Shown here: positions 13,667 through 28,700 of the stretch, piece by piece
Numbering within the stretch: the stretch's first letter is position 1
Layout: each line of letters opens with the position of its first letter
Assembly (NCBI RefSeq): GCF_964204645.1
Contig: NC_134032.1
Span: 9,536,275-9,600,274, forward strand
From: Tubulanus polymorphus
Taxonomy: Eukaryota > Animalia > Nemertea
Direction: 5' to 3'
Length of the DNA: 64,000 bases
Position numbers and translations under genes: made by a program
Notes under the pieces: generated by a model
Databases searched by the model: none
Told to the model about the DNA's origin: nothing
Seen by the model: the letters and a program-made list of their open reading frames with translations, nothing else

Positions 13667-14227
13667 CTATATGAAAAATCTATATGAATTCTATACAAAG
13701 CATCTTTTGTGATTTTAGTTCACTGTAATTCCGACAGAGGGGGTTGAGCATCAAAAACCTGTTTAGAGACCACAATAGATTGAAACAATCTCCCGAAATG
13801 AGAATATATAGTATTATAAACACATCTATGGATTCAAAAAATATTCAAATTACTCGTAAATTATTTGATTAGGCAACGTAATTATTTATCTAACGTATTT
13901 GAACTTATTTAGAAACGACTGGTTAGTCTCAGAATCATTGAAATTCCACGGAATTCGGCCTCAAAAAATATAAGAGTCGTTTCTAGATAAGCTCAAATAC
14001 GTTAGACAAATAATTACGTTGCCTGATTGATTAATTTACGAGTAATTTGAATATGTTTTGAATTCATGGTTGTTTTCAAAACACTGTGTATTTTGATTTC
14101 GGGAGGTTTCTATTATTTTCTTAGGGGTCTAAAGGGCATTTCGATGATGTTCCCCCTCTTGTGGATTTTCACTGAACTAAAATCACAATAGATCCTTTGT
14201 AATGAATTCGTTGACATTCTCATAAAG
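13667..14227. mobile_element. Foldback/MITE-like imperfect palindrome, copy 2
   Basis: ~250-bp inverted arms (e.g. AGGCAACGTAATTATTT / AAATAATTACGTTGCCT) around a ~55-bp spacer. Confidence 0.85.
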
Positions 14228-14482
14228 TTATATGATGGTAAGTTGAGAGTGCTACTGTTCGAGCCCGGGACACCCCTGTTCATCCTCTGTTCTGTATCAG
14301 GACCATTCACAATCACTATCAAAAGACTATGTTCGAACTCAGGAGACCCCTGTATGTGTTTTAGGGATTCGAAACCTGGCGAAAGAACAAATCACAATTA
14401 TAGTCTGACACCCTAACCACTCAGCCATCAAAGTGATCTGTATGATCCCTTCAAATTGATCGATTTGAAACCTTACTCTATT

Positions 14483-15040
14483 TATATGAAAAATATATAT
14501 GAATTCTATACAAAGCATCTTTTGTGATTTTAGTTCACTGTAATTCCGACAGAGGGGACAAAGCATCGAAAACCTGTTTAGTGATCACAAAAAATTGAAA
14601 AAACCTTCCGAAATGAACATATTTAGTATTATAAACACATCTATGGATTCAAAACATATTCAAATTACTCGTAAATTATTTAATTAGGCAACGTAATTAT
14701 TTATCTAACGTATTTGAACTTATTTAAAAACGACTGGTTAGTCTCAGAATCATTGAAATTCCACGGATCGGCTTAACAAAATATTACAGTCGTTTCTAAA
14801 TGAGTTCAAATACGTTAGACAAATAATTACGTTGCCTAATTAAATAATTTTCGATTAATTTGAATGTGTTTTGAATCCATAGATGTGTTTAAAACAATGT
14901 TCATTTTCATTTCGGGAGGTTTTTGCTATTTTCTCGTGGTTCTGAAGGGCATTTCGATGTCGTATCCCCTCTGGTGGATTTTCACTGAACTAAAATCACA
15001 ATAGATCCTTTGTAATGAATTCGTTGACATTTTCATATAG
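14483..15040. mobile_element. Foldback/MITE-like imperfect palindrome, copy 3
   Basis: Near-identical to copy 2. Confidence 0.85.
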
Positions 15041-16720
15041 TTATATGGTGAATTGAGTATGCTGCTGTGGCAACCGAAGGATTCTTTCCCTGGCAGTAAT
15101 AAAAAGGGGCGTTCCAGGTTCGAACCCAGTATACTAATAAAGATAATAAGATATGTTCCAATACTGATTCGCTGCTTATCAGCAGATTCTTGTCTCAGTG
15201 GGCCTGTAATGAAAATAATTCAGTCTCGATTCAACACCAGGACCACTCTTGGAATCAGTTCCAATAGTCAAGTTCGAACCAGGGACACCGACTCCAAAAT
15301 TGACAGTAGGGTGAAGTTCTTGTTTCATCTCGTAGATGGCGCATGTGGGTATAAATGCAAACGCACGAATTCACAGAACTATACATCATAAAATCAGTCA
15401 GTTCTGGGGAATTCTGATAGATGGCTATAGTGTATCTTCCGTAGATTATCTAGATTCCATTTAATTATCAGAATTATTAACTCGGAGAATTGATGAACTC
15501 ATTTGGAATACGCCTTGAAGCTGAGTTACATCGAGCAGAACTGTTATCACTCAGGACCAATCAGACAATGGATTCGAACATGGGACTCTCCATATCAGAA
15601 TCGATTCAATAACAGCTATCTTTCAGAAAAAGTACCAATATAGCAGGTTCAAACCTGGTACACCCCTGTTTACATTATTCATTATCAAAATAAGTTGGTT
15701 CCATTCGAACACCGGTTGCTCATAACTATCCTTTAATCATATTATCATGTAGTTCTCTTTACATCTAGTAGATGGCGCATGTGTAGCAATGCGCACGCAA
15801 ACGATTCATAGAACTAGATCGCAAAAACTCTCAGTTCTGGGAAATTCTAATAGATGGCGATGAGTATCAATCGTTAAACTATGTTATAAATATCATGAGT
15901 AGCGTTTTTTTTTTTTAAATCAATCACAAATTTAATCGATAAATATCGAAGCCCGGAAAACGAGTTAAATCGAGTAGAACTTGGGAAAGCACTTCTTATC
16001 CTCTGCTCAGCATCAGACCACTCTGAATATCAGAATCCTTACATCGAGTTTGAAACTGGGACATCCTCATTTATCCCCTCTATTCGTTAACAGGACCAGA
16101 TCGAAAATATAACAATCAACAATTCTTAATTATCAAGATTTCACTTTTATTTCAGGGGTAGATTATGAACACAGTTGAAAAGTTATCAAACACACATAAT
16201 TTGTTATTAAGTACAGAGAGACTTCGGGCCATGACTTTTTTTTACTGAACTCTCCTCTCCGTATCTGCTTGGAATCGGTTCAATTTGAGATTCGAATAAT
16301 GTCATTAGAATTCTAACTAATTCCCGCTTAATTCCCAGTTAATGATTTAATAGTCATAAGACCGTTTTTGGACTAAAAGCATTTCGTAGTTAAGGGCCTC
16401 ATTCCATTTATGATTTAAGTAAAGATTTAAGTGAAGAACAAACTAAATTTGTTATTTTGGTCATATGAACAGTATATCCAGGCAAGCCCCAAAGTTAAAC
16501 CATATTTCGAGACTTCAGTCATTGGGTCCGGTAGCTCGTTCTACAATGGTTCTTATTTCAAGGTAAAATCCCAAGGATTATTTTCACCACCCCTGAAGTT
16601 TGAAACAAAGAATATTACGAAAATAAATAATAGCCTAGCACATATAGGGAAAAAACTGATTGATGTTGATAGGGTAGAAATCTCTCTTCCAATGCCAGAC
16701 TAATTCGAGTAATCTGTTTG

Positions 16721-19700
16721 TTAATCATGCCATTCCATTCCCATGGTCAAGGTCATGAAACTGTAGACATCAGTGAGTTCTTCGATCTGAAAAAAATAAC
16801 AGAGACTATTCTGAATGATTTAAACTCAAGCCTAAATCCTTGCACTTCCACTAGTCCAAATTTCTGAAAGACTAAATCTTAAACCTAAAATGTATACATA
16901 GTTTAGTCGTAAATTCTAAATGACTAAACCTAAGCCCGAATAGTGACACTAAACATTAGTCTCTCATTCCAAATGACTTAACTTATGCCTAAATCACCAC
17001 ACTAAATGACTAAATCAAAGCTTTAATTGTGGCACTTCCATTACTTTAAAGATCATTCTTATTCAAATTGTGACTTGTGGTAGTGCAGTGATTTAAGCAT
17101 AAGTTAAGACATTTGGAATGAGAGACAAGTCACGAATTCATTCTAAATGACTATATCAAAGCTTTAATCGTGGCACCTCCGTTACTTCAAAGATTCTTAA
17201 TCACTTTTTAGTTCAAAATCCTACATTTGAGCCGAAATCATATCCAATTCATCCGAATAATGTCTACAAATGTTTTACTCCCAGGGCAAAACTCATAAAA
17301 GCCTGCTTAGCTAGGTTGGTAATTGTCTTCTAATGCACTAGTAGCTAAGGTTTGGTAAACTTTCATGAATTCGGCACCTGGGACAGTCTGCTTTTAAGAA
17401 ATCAATCATACCAATTTTGCCGTTGGTTTTCCAAATCCGTGCCCTGATTTGGTGTCGACTCGAATCATCAGCGGGTTTGTCTGCAAAGTAAAGAAAACCC
17501 TTCAGAAATATTTCAAAATCAAGTATGGCAAAACCAAGGACCCACAGTTCCATGGAAGTGGATTAACGTTTGACAATGGAACCGTAATGTCGTTTATTTA
17601 TTTCCTATATCTAGTAGATGACATACGTGCAATTAAGGCTACACATTAAGAATTGTTTAATCAGTTATTTCTAGAAAAGACTAATAGATGGCAGAAATCT
17701 GTATCTATTGTTAATATCATTATCATTTTCTTCATCGAGATGATTAATTACAAGCTTTTAATTGGAAAATCTATCTATAAGGGATGACTAAGGCTTAGAC
17801 TGTGGAACTTTATCGCTACCCACAAGCGCACTGGTGGATCCTCAATTGCGACAGTAGCGTCATTTGGCAGTTCCGAATTAAGCGAACGACTGACTTCACA
17901 CAAGCGCTCCTTTGTAGAACAATTGCCCCAGTAGCAAACAGGGACCCCAATACGTAATACCGGTACTTCAATAGTTACATATTAACACCCTTCCATAACG
18001 GGGTATTATCTGTTTACCTGTTTCTCCACGCCGGACATCACGTGGTGCAACTGCGCCATGTATTTCAGGGAATGTAGGGGAACGACGCGGTCGTCGTGGT
18101 CAGCCGTCAACAACAATACGGCTGGATACTGATTGTCACCCGCGGGTACTGCGATATTGTGAATCGGGGAATATCTAGAAAAAGATGGAAACATTTTTTC
18201 AAATGCACGACAACATCTCATAGCTGATCCTTCTTATTCAGTGTTGCATTTGCATGCTGATTGGCTGGCTTTGTGACCAACTCATTCCTTACAATACTGG
18301 AAACCAGGAATGATGTTCTATAATGGCGATTCACTCACTGTACTATTGAGTGTATAAAGTCTACAAGTTTACAGCGTTCCTTACTTGATGAGGGTTTCGA
18401 ATTCTTCTGGTTTTTCCGAACAGCCGTACTCCGTGGTCCACGCGTGACCAATTGTAAACTTGTGGAATCTCAACATATCCATGACTCTGAAAAGTTAAAC
18501 AGCAGGGTTCATAGTGATAACGTATAAGCCTACAGTCAAATTAAGCACTTTAAGCTTAACGTACATCGACAAAGCGACTGGAGACAACTAGTTGCTAGTG
18601 AGCGAGTACCCTGCGCACATCGAAAATCTAATGAAAGCCAGCAACTGCGAGGCCCTTGCCGGTCGTTAGGTCCATAGCGCATAATCGACAGCAACTGAGA
18701 TGTGTTATCAAGCAAATATTCTTGAGGGCATCTACAGCAACAGGACAAATTGCTTTGTTTTAGTCAGTTGAGGCATGTGTTGTTGATTATGGAGCGTGCA
18801 CCTCGTGCACCTCGGCGGATATGCCTGCGACTTGAGTGCAACCAGTTGCTCGAAAGTAGAACATGAGCCACTGGCTGGAACTGGAGATAGATGGACGCTA
18901 ACCAGTCGTAAGCTAGCGTACATCGACAAATTGGAGCAACTGATTGTATCCAGCCAGTTCCTCTCATGCGCCGGAAACTGCCCGGCAACTAGTTGTCTCC
19001 AATCGCAGTTTCGATGTACACTAGGCTTTAAGCACACTTTCATAATTCAATTAAGCATTGTTGGATGCAACTAACCCAAACCCAGCAATATGAAAATGCT
19101 CAGCAATCCTACTTTCGAGCGATCCCACTCACTGAAGTTAAGAACTTTGAAAGGCCCTTTTAGACGAATCTCACAATTCAGCGCTTTTAAACCCTTAATG
19201 AACTATGACCCCTTTAAACAAAAACTAATTAGCAGTAGCTAGTCCAGGCGATTATTGAACCAAGTGCGCAAAAAAGTTAATTAACCCACCCTTTGAGTGT
19301 TTTATAGGTCCCAGGATTCCTTTGTTACCATGGCAATGATGGCTAAATTTACCCAAGCCATACTTGAGAAATCCAGTTTTTCTACATTTCAGGCATTCGT
19401 AACGTTGCTTAATTTTTACACGAAATAGCGTTTATGAGTGTTTTTCCTGAAAATTCTGATTAATTTTAATGTACCGTTGCCATGGTAAGCACAGGGAGGT
19501 TGATTTTTTTGGTATTCAGTGTTTTCAATAAGAATTCGACAGGGCCCTTTGAAAAACAGGTCCCTTCGTCAGGAGGGTCCCATAATTTGCTGCAGGCAAA
19601 GAATATTAGGCCAAAGGCCTGCATCCCATACAGGTGTGCCAGTCAGTCAGCAAACCGGTTGAAGCCAGTCTATGGGGGGGGGGGCGTTCCCTCATCCCTA

Positions 19701-22700
19701 GAAGCTTTTGCGGTTTTCTTGTGAATCCCGAGACGCATTATAGGGTATTTCACTCACAGTTTAAGTCCAGGGGAGACTTGGGCAAACCTTTTGTTGAAGA
19801 ATAGAAAATAAACAATGAATTTCTTATGATATTTCTTGCCATTTATACATAGAATAACATCTCAATTTCTAATCCTTCAAAATCTGAATCATTGAGGGAA
19901 AAACAGTATTGATGCATAATTATCACATAAGCAATTGGTTATGTTTTAGTGATTGTAATATAACAAATGCAGCTAATTAACTTATTGATCCACTATGTGT
20001 CACCGGAACCGAGCACTAATCACAAAGTAAATCATTTTGATTGCTACAATTATTTGTAAGTAAATTCATTTCAATATTCGACACTACTTCATTAGCCGTT
20101 GATAATTCGCAAAGTGTAGACCACATCTATAGACACATGAGCTGACAGGTGAGGTCACATGAATGACGAAGTAGAGAAAACCCTAGCTCGGACGCTATAG
20201 CAGAGATCAAAGGTGACGTTTTCATTTCATGTCCCTTCGTTTTAGAGCCTATGGTTGAAAAATTTGAAAAAGAGCAAATAGATCCGATGAAAGAAATAAA
20301 GATAACTCATTCGTGAACATGTGACAGTTATTCGAAAACGGTGCGTAGTTTCTCTTGCTGTATTGGTACATTTTCCCGAATTCGCAGACTTCGTGGACAC
20401 TACGCGAACTAGTGCCGCTCACTCCGGATATAAATAACGATTGAAATCCTGTTGGCCGCCAAGTAATTTTGCAACCGGGTGATTTCCCCGAACGACTATG
20501 ATGAAATCCTTCTTTACCCCATTCGAAGATGTAATCTTTGTACTTAATCAAGCTATGATACGGCGAGTATTGCCTAACTCGTGGTACAGAAGATATCGCC
20601 ACGCTATCGGCAGTCCTTGATCGTAACACGCAATGTAAACTTTGGAATCATATTTCAAATTGCGTGCGGAGTTCGGCGACAGCAACATGCGATGACACTA
20701 ACAGTACGAGAATCACCATTTTAAGTACCAATTTCAATACCATTTTCAAAATTGTTTAAATTTCTATTTGAAATCACTGGCTATTAGTCATAAAGTAAAC
20801 AGCACTGCCTGAATGTACGTCTTATATGGGAACCATTAGCTTATCAAGTATTCGCTCTTTAAGTTGAGAAGATAAAACTGAAAATAGATTACCGTCACAA
20901 GACTTCACCCGATAAACAAGAGTGTTTCTTAGAATTTTCGCGATAAACAACTGCTAGCATTTCACTGAAGAGTTTTTTTTTCGTCAATGTACAATCATGG
21001 TCAATGAAGATGGATTGTACACTATTTATCTTGGTGCACAAAGGGAGAGACGTAAATCTCGAGAACAAGCATCTGAACGAACATTTCGGGACTGGGTAGA
21101 TTTCAAAGTGTATACACAACTCTAGTAGTGAGATTCAGACCGGCCCTCAGGCCTTGGGAGAGGGTTTGGCTAAGCTGTTTGAAAGTACGCAAGAGTGTGT
21201 AGTCTTAAGGAAGTTGTTCGATGAAAAAACCCGTTCACTTCATATGAGCCTAGAAACCCCATACTCCTACGACTATAAGGGGAACATTTAAATTTTTGAA
21301 GAATAATAGCAGGGGGGAGTTCTGAGGGTTCTGGAGGAATATCGTCGAGCTGTGTCTGTGCCCCTTGGAGATGCCCCTAAATCCATGGATTTGATGTAAA
21401 AGTGTCCTCGCTTGGAATGATTTGGCGTAGTAAATACCCCCGAAAACCACAAGTTTGCTGTTAAGCCCTTTTTTGCCATGATTTGACATAGAAATTGCCA
21501 GCCCTCCCTCATAATAGTGAGTGCCCTTATACAATTCTGAACCTCCTCGAGATAGAGCCCTGGATCCACACCTGAATAGGGACCAGTTTCCTAAATGTGG
21601 GGTCAAAATAGGGCTTTCATCTACTCACCCGACATGTGCTATTCCGCACCCGTACAGTTCCGGTCTCTGATTGAGGCACGCACCGACTAACAGCCCGCCG
21701 TTCGATCCACCCTCTATTGCTAACCTGTGAAAAAAAACAACATTTCAACCATATGAGAAAATATATAACACCAAGGGTTTATTGTACTTTAAGGGTCAGG
21801 TTTTCCAATACGGCACAATATGGTAGACTATTCAGGGTCCCTACTACAGATCAGTCATTACAATGCTGAATATAAGGAGTTTTCGAGGATGACACTTACT
21901 TTTTAGGCTGCGTGTATTTATGATCGATCAGATATTGAGCCGCCGCGTGAAAATCATCGAATACGTTCTGCTTGTTCGCGATCATACCCGCCTTATGCCA
22001 GTCCTCGCCATATTCGCTGAAATGTCGATTTAAAGAATAATTGCAACTTTTTCAACTGCGTCTCCCAAACTCTCCACTTAGGGCACTAATCGGGACTTCT
22101 CTAAGAATACGCTTACCCTCCGCCGCGAATGTTCGCGATGCAGGCGATTCCGCCGAGGTGTTGCACGAACGTGATTCGCGACACGGAAAAGTACGGCGAT
22201 ATCGGAATCGTGAAACCTCCGTATCCGTACAGAACAGTCGGATGAGAGCCGTCTAGCGCGATTCCCTGTAATAAGGTAGAAAAGTTAATTTATCTTTGAA
22301 AAATATTTTTTTCGTCTCAAAATTGCTGTCAGTTATTTCATGCCCCTACCCTGTTTAATCTACCCGGCCTAAATATTTTTTCACCCGACGAACCTTTCTG
22401 TGGATGATGAACATCGGTATCTTCGTTCCGTCCTTGCTCGGATAGAAAACCTGCTTAACTTCGAACAACGACGTGTCCAACCCGGATACCTTAATCTCAC
22501 GGAAAACCTGAATTAGAAAATGAGTCTCCCTATGACGTTATAAATTCGAAACTAAAATAGGCAGCTGCCTCGATGACATCACTTGCAGCACGCCTAGGGA
22601 CAATTCCAGAAAATGGGGCTGTCTAAATAACATCACCCTATCACATCATCAAATTAATCTTATAGACACATCCTGAAATGACAGCTGCCACTATCAATCC

Positions 22701-25700
22701 CCCTACGATATCATCAAATTACCCGATAGACACTTGCAGAAAGATGGCTGCCTCAATCAATCCTCCTAAAATATCATCAAATTACCCTGCTAGACACTTT
22801 CAGAGAAAAGATGTTTGCATCTTTACAACCCTTCCAGAAAAGATAGGTTCTTCCATAAATCCCCCTCTCCTGTTTTCATCCAATCTACGATAAATGGATT
22901 GAAATACGTCTTAGATATCAACTACCGTGGGTTTAAGTTCCGGCTGTGTGAGGTCACAGTTAAAGATGATTCCGGGTGTGAGGAATGATTTGAACTGATA
23001 GAACAACTGAGTGTCCTTGCGTCTGCCCGAGTATCCCATGATACTGCCGATATCCAACGGAAATTCCATCTGGCGTGTACCGCTTTCTAAACTGTACAAA
23101 TACAACACATTCTGAAAATGGAGAAAATATCACTCAATATTCATTAAAAGCCCTATGACATCATCAATTTACCGCGTAAACCCTTTCAATTCAGAAAACA
23201 TGACTGCCTCCATCAATCCACCTATGACATAGTTAGATTACATGAAACACTTCCAGAAGAGATCGCTAACTTCATAAATCTCCCCATGACATCATCAAAT
23301 CATCCCTATGACATCATCAAATTACCGCTAGACATTTCTTGAGAAGAGGCTCCCTTCATAAATACCCCTATGACACTGTCGATTTACCACATAAACCCTT
23401 TGAGGAGACATGGCTGCTTCCATCAATCATCTTACGACATCGTCAAATCAACCCAATATACCGGTTGATTCTATAAACCCCCTATGGCATCATCAAATAA
23501 AACACTCAATGGGTTTCGAAAAACAAACCTTGACGTCGTGCAGGTAACACAAAACTAGTTTGTTCTCGTTGACGCAAGCAGCCCATTCTAATACATCCTT
23601 CTCGTGTTGATCCACCAGGGTGATCCACTGTTCCTACAGAAAACAAAATCATCGATGTAGAAAGAAGTACACTAATATGTGAATAGACTGATGTTATCTT
23701 AACCCTCAACTCAACTGAGCAACTGGTCATATTTTACGTCTCTTCTTTTTAATGAACTAAATTAGATGGGCTTAGCCTGGCATTATCTTTAAGCCTCTAC
23801 CTTCTAGATGATTGAAAATGAGCATAATCTGAAGAGTCGACTCTGGGACTCAACTAAGATAAGCAAAAAGACTGGTCTTATCTTCAGTCTTTGCTTTCTA
23901 AGGTGACAAAAAGAGGCTTTGACTGGTGTCTCAAAATACGGATTGAGCAAAAATTAGCTTAGCCTGGTCTTATCTTTAGGCTCAACTTTTATCTTGACTC
24001 AGGAACCTTAATTTACAGCTCAGAGTGCGTACCATATCGTGATTGCTGAAGTCGATGTTGATGAGTTTATAGCGTGGAGCGTTGTGGTTTGTTTTGAAAG
24101 TGAAAACGGTTCCGTTGTTCGTAACGTAGTCGTATTCGGCGTCGAAATTATCGACGATCTTCACCAGCGGTAGAATACCTGAAATACAAACGCACATTTA
24201 ATACTGTGTAGGTACGTATTATTTAATTAGCGATAGAGGGAGAAGGCAATTGGGAGGAGCAGGTGAAAGAGAGGGAAAGTCAAGAAGGACAGAAAGAGGT
24301 AGAGAGAGTAGATAGGAGGGACAAGGGATTTTTGAACCAGTAACCTAGTTACAATACAAAAAGAACTTTTTTCTATAAGCACCTAGGATACTGGGGCCAA
24401 AAAACTTTTGTGTCAGGTCCCTGTGTTGAGAGGGGCTGGTGAAAGAGAGGGATGGACAGGAAGGGCAGGGAGAGACATAGGAGGGGAGGTAGGAGGAAAT
24501 AGAGAAGGCAGTTGAGGAGCTGGTTAGAGGGAGACACAGGAAGGTCAGGAAGAGAAGTAGAGAGAAGAAATGGAGGAGAGAAAGGAGAGGGGAGGATCTA
24601 CGATATCGTGAAATTCTATACAATCAAATTCAATCAGATACTGACCTTCGATTCCGTTCGGTAAAGCTTCAAGGTCGGTGTAGTAGAGTCTGTTAACGGG
24701 GTCGCAACCTTTACGTATCAGAATCAGTAAATACCTGCCGCAATCGCTGACCTCGGCACCTCTGAGTGAGTGATGGTTGGAGGGGAGAGAAAATAGAGTT
24801 AGAACTAACGTTTTCACATTCATTGCTGCCAGGTTTCTTACTTGCTACGATGAGTTATCTCGTAGTTGAAGATAGAGCTATTACATAGTCAGCCAGTGTT
24901 CAAAATTGACCAATGAACATTGAGAATGAAGCAGAGTTCGTTCATATGGCCAGCCAATCAGGAACTGTGTTTCATTTGCCAGAGAGCAAACATCAAAAGT
25001 GATTAACAAGGATCAGCTATGAGATAACTCATAGTGGCAATGATGGTGGAACTAAAATATGAGATAACTTGTAGTGGTAATGGTGGTGGAACTGGAACTA
25101 CGAGGTAACTCATAGTGGCAATGATGGTGGAACTGGAACTATGAGATAACTCGTAGTGGCAATGATGGTGGAACTAAAATATGAGATAACTTGTAGTGGT
25201 AATGGTGGTGGAACTGGAACTACGAGTTAACTTGTAGTCGACATTGTTATAACCATCAAGTCAGCCATTTTTACGGAACGATCATTACTCACATCATCCA
25301 TTTCGGATGGTCGGGGAATTCAGCGCACAGTACGTCGTCCGTCTGCTCGGTTCCGAGGCGATGGTAGTACAGCTTCTGATTCAAATTACTGGCCGTATCC
25401 CGACCGTGAGCCTCGCCGTGTTCCTCCGGGTAACTCTACAACGAACAACAATTTAACCCTTTTATTGCTAATCCCTAACCTAATGGACTATTTTAAAATA
25501 GATGATACGCCTCCATAAATCCCCCTTTCCTTGTTTGTTGTTTTTTGGTGTTACGTCACTTGGATCTCGGTTTCCCAAGACTATAACCCTATTGGATTAT
25601 ACATTTAACCTCACGACGGGACGGCCTATGAAGTGTTGCCCGCACACTGTTAACAGCCAGTAGGACTCGAACCCACTTTGTCACTCAGCACTGATAGTGG

Positions 25701-28700
25701 ATGCAATAGCATCTCGCCTTATCTCACTGAGCTACTACGGCTGCTATGATATTATCCAATTCAGAAACCCTTCCAAAAAGATGGCTGCCTTCATAAACCC
25801 TCCTAATCATCCAGTCTATAGACCCTATGACAATATCCAAGACTCGTTCAACAAGGATGGCGGCCTCCAAAGATCCGGTTCCATAAAAATAATCAATCCT
25901 TTAATCCAGCAATCACATTGTCTAATCAACCCTAAAGCTTTACATAAACCTTGGCTGCTTTTATTAACTCCCTATGACACATCATCAAATTACTGCATAG
26001 AGACCCTCTTTCTATCATAGACTACCGCAAGTAACCCTCCATCAGATACTACTTCCTTGATGGCAAAATGTTGATTACTTACATTATAGAAGATGCCTTT
26101 ATGATCGTGCGTCCAGGCGAGACTGGTGAATTTCACCCTCGTTATAACATCCGCTAAATCTTCGCCGGTCGAAACACTTCGGAACTGTGGAGAAAACAAC
26201 CATCAAATACATACTGTAATTACATAATACAGTCTGACGATGCGGATGCAAGAATATTTCCAGTCTTATTTCAAAGCATTTTTCCAAATCATATAAAAGA
26301 ATTATATCGTCTTTGCCAAGTAATTTTGTTGTCTTTTTCCACATATTTCCATGACTTTTTCAAATTAGACCTTTTCTAAAAGCAGTTTTTTTTCAAGCAT
26401 TTCCAGATATTTTTCAAAACACTTTCAAGATGTTTTCTGAGTATTTTGAAAGGTCTTTTTCCATTATGAGAAACTAAAGGTTTCTTTTAAGTATCGTGAA
26501 AAATTTTTAGGAAAGTTTCATGGAAAATTCTCAAATAATTTTTTACAAACCTTCACGGAGACCCAATCTGAACCCTTTTCGCTGAAACAATACGCGAATA
26601 TTTCGCCATCCTCCGAGAATTCGCACGTTCTCAAAGCCGTCGTTCCGTCGTCGGATAACAAGTTCGGGTCGAGGAAAACTCGCGGCTCCCCGTCCAACGA
26701 GTCCTGTACGTACAAAACGCTAGAAACAGAGACATTTTTTCAAAAACTTCATTCTCGCTAAAATCAAAGAAAACTTTTCATTCATTTCCGAATTTTGTTC
26801 TTACCTCTGATTTTGAAGGCCCGAGTTGTGGTAGTAGAAATAATGCGAACCCCTCTTGAACGGACAGCCGTACTTTGGGAAATCCCATTTCTCCGTAATT
26901 CTGCGGAAATGATTTCAAGCATTTAATGGAAAATGGCTGAATCCATAAATCCCCCTATGATATCATTGAATTTCCCCATTACTGACACACATCCATGGAA
27001 GATGGCTGCCTTCAATCGTAAAATACCCTACGACTATTAATCTTCAGTTTACCCCCATCAAATGGCTCGACATATCCCCCTACAACATCATTACATCAGA
27101 TTTAACCCTTTCAGTGCATCTACACCGCAGTGCGGTGTATGAATCGGTGATGGATTTTGCTAGTACACCGCACTGCGGTGTATTGATGCAATTAGTAATT
27201 AATTATCATCTCTCTTGAAAAATGGCAGCACCTGTCAAACATAGTGAAATACTAGTAACTAACGATTCATCGCGCCGCGGTGTAGATGCACTATAGTGGT
27301 ATTCCCGTTAATGAACACACTAGAGTGGAATTTCTCAAAATATTCAAATTATCTCCAGCACTATAAGGTATCAATTAGTCAGCACTGAAAGGGTTAAGCA
27401 ACCGTTCAACTCACTTGTTCTGAATTTTATCGCGAATTTCGCACGATTTCAAGAACGGCATTGAGATGTCATTTTGAGCGTCGACAAACTTCTTCGTTTC
27501 ATCGGCGTCCGGATCTTCCAACCATCGGTACGGGTCACTGATCTGTGAAAAGAGGAGAAATTCCCGATTGCTGGGCCGTCGGAACGGGGGCGGCAGGGGC
27601 GGCCACAGCCGTCCAACTTTATTGCTGAGCTAAAAATATTTTTTCAAATGTTCTCTCCTCTCGTAATGAATATCATGATTTTCATAACCAGATTCACTCA
27701 GAATCAATCTCAGAGCTTGAGAAAATAAAAAAGAAATTGGGGGGGGTCAGATCATCAATACAAACAATAGCCGCCCCACTGAAATTTCCCTTCCGACGGC
27801 CCTGGATTGCCACGATGACATTACTGCGGTAAACTCTCAAACGCTGACCGAATGGAAAAAGAATTATTTATTTTCGCTAGGGTTTGAACGAAGGTCCGAG
27901 TAGATTTTAAGGGTAAGGGAAAATTTCAGGGTTAGGGTTAGCTTGAGGGCTTAAGTAACTTCTAGTGTCATGGACATGTTCTAGAAGGTTACTCAAGCAT
28001 CAGGAGCTGGATTAAAAAAACCTTGATGCATCAGTATCAATGACCTATTCACTTTGTCTCATATTATGATATTTAACTTGATATTCCTCGCTCAGAATTT
28101 CGCCGATTCTTTTCGTTCCTGCTTTCTCTCAAGCTGTTTTGTCAGCCTTTTTTGTGTGATTTCTGCATGGGGAGCAGTTTTGTTCGTCACAACAGGCAGC
28201 AGCCACATCTTTCATCTGTACATCTATCCAACCCTTTTAAATTATCTGCAACCCCTACCAGAGTGGATGTCAATATGCTGATAACTGCTTTGAAATATAT
28301 CAGGAAATGGATATTAGGAGGACCCCATATATCATATAACAATAAAATCATTTTATTGGGTTTAGGGTTAGGGTTTCGATAGGGTTAGTGTCAAGAGTAT
28401 GAGAGGAGGGTCAAGAGGGTTCCGTTTCACAACTAGGGTTAGGGTAAGGTGAGGCTATATGTAGTTAAAACATTCGGGTGGTTTTCAGCAAGCTCGGTGG
28501 TCTAGTGGGGAGACGCTGCGCTTGTAATTTACTGGCCCAGGTTTGAGTCTCGCTCTACTTTCTCTCTGTTCTCCATACTACCTTCGCGCACCTCTCTGCG
28601 CATGCGCGGAGTAAATCAGCCAATTAGAGACAATATCCGGCAAAATATCATTCAGAAGTCGGAGACCGGATCTGGCTAAATAACTACACAGCCTAAATTT

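Noticed and set aside
21250-21606. 118-aa and 93-aa ORFs in PREP intron 14
   Set aside because: No recognisable motifs; probably repeat-derived sequence.
27929-28446. Telomeric TTAGGG repeats
   Set aside because: Only scattered runs of 2-3 units inside PREP intron 1.
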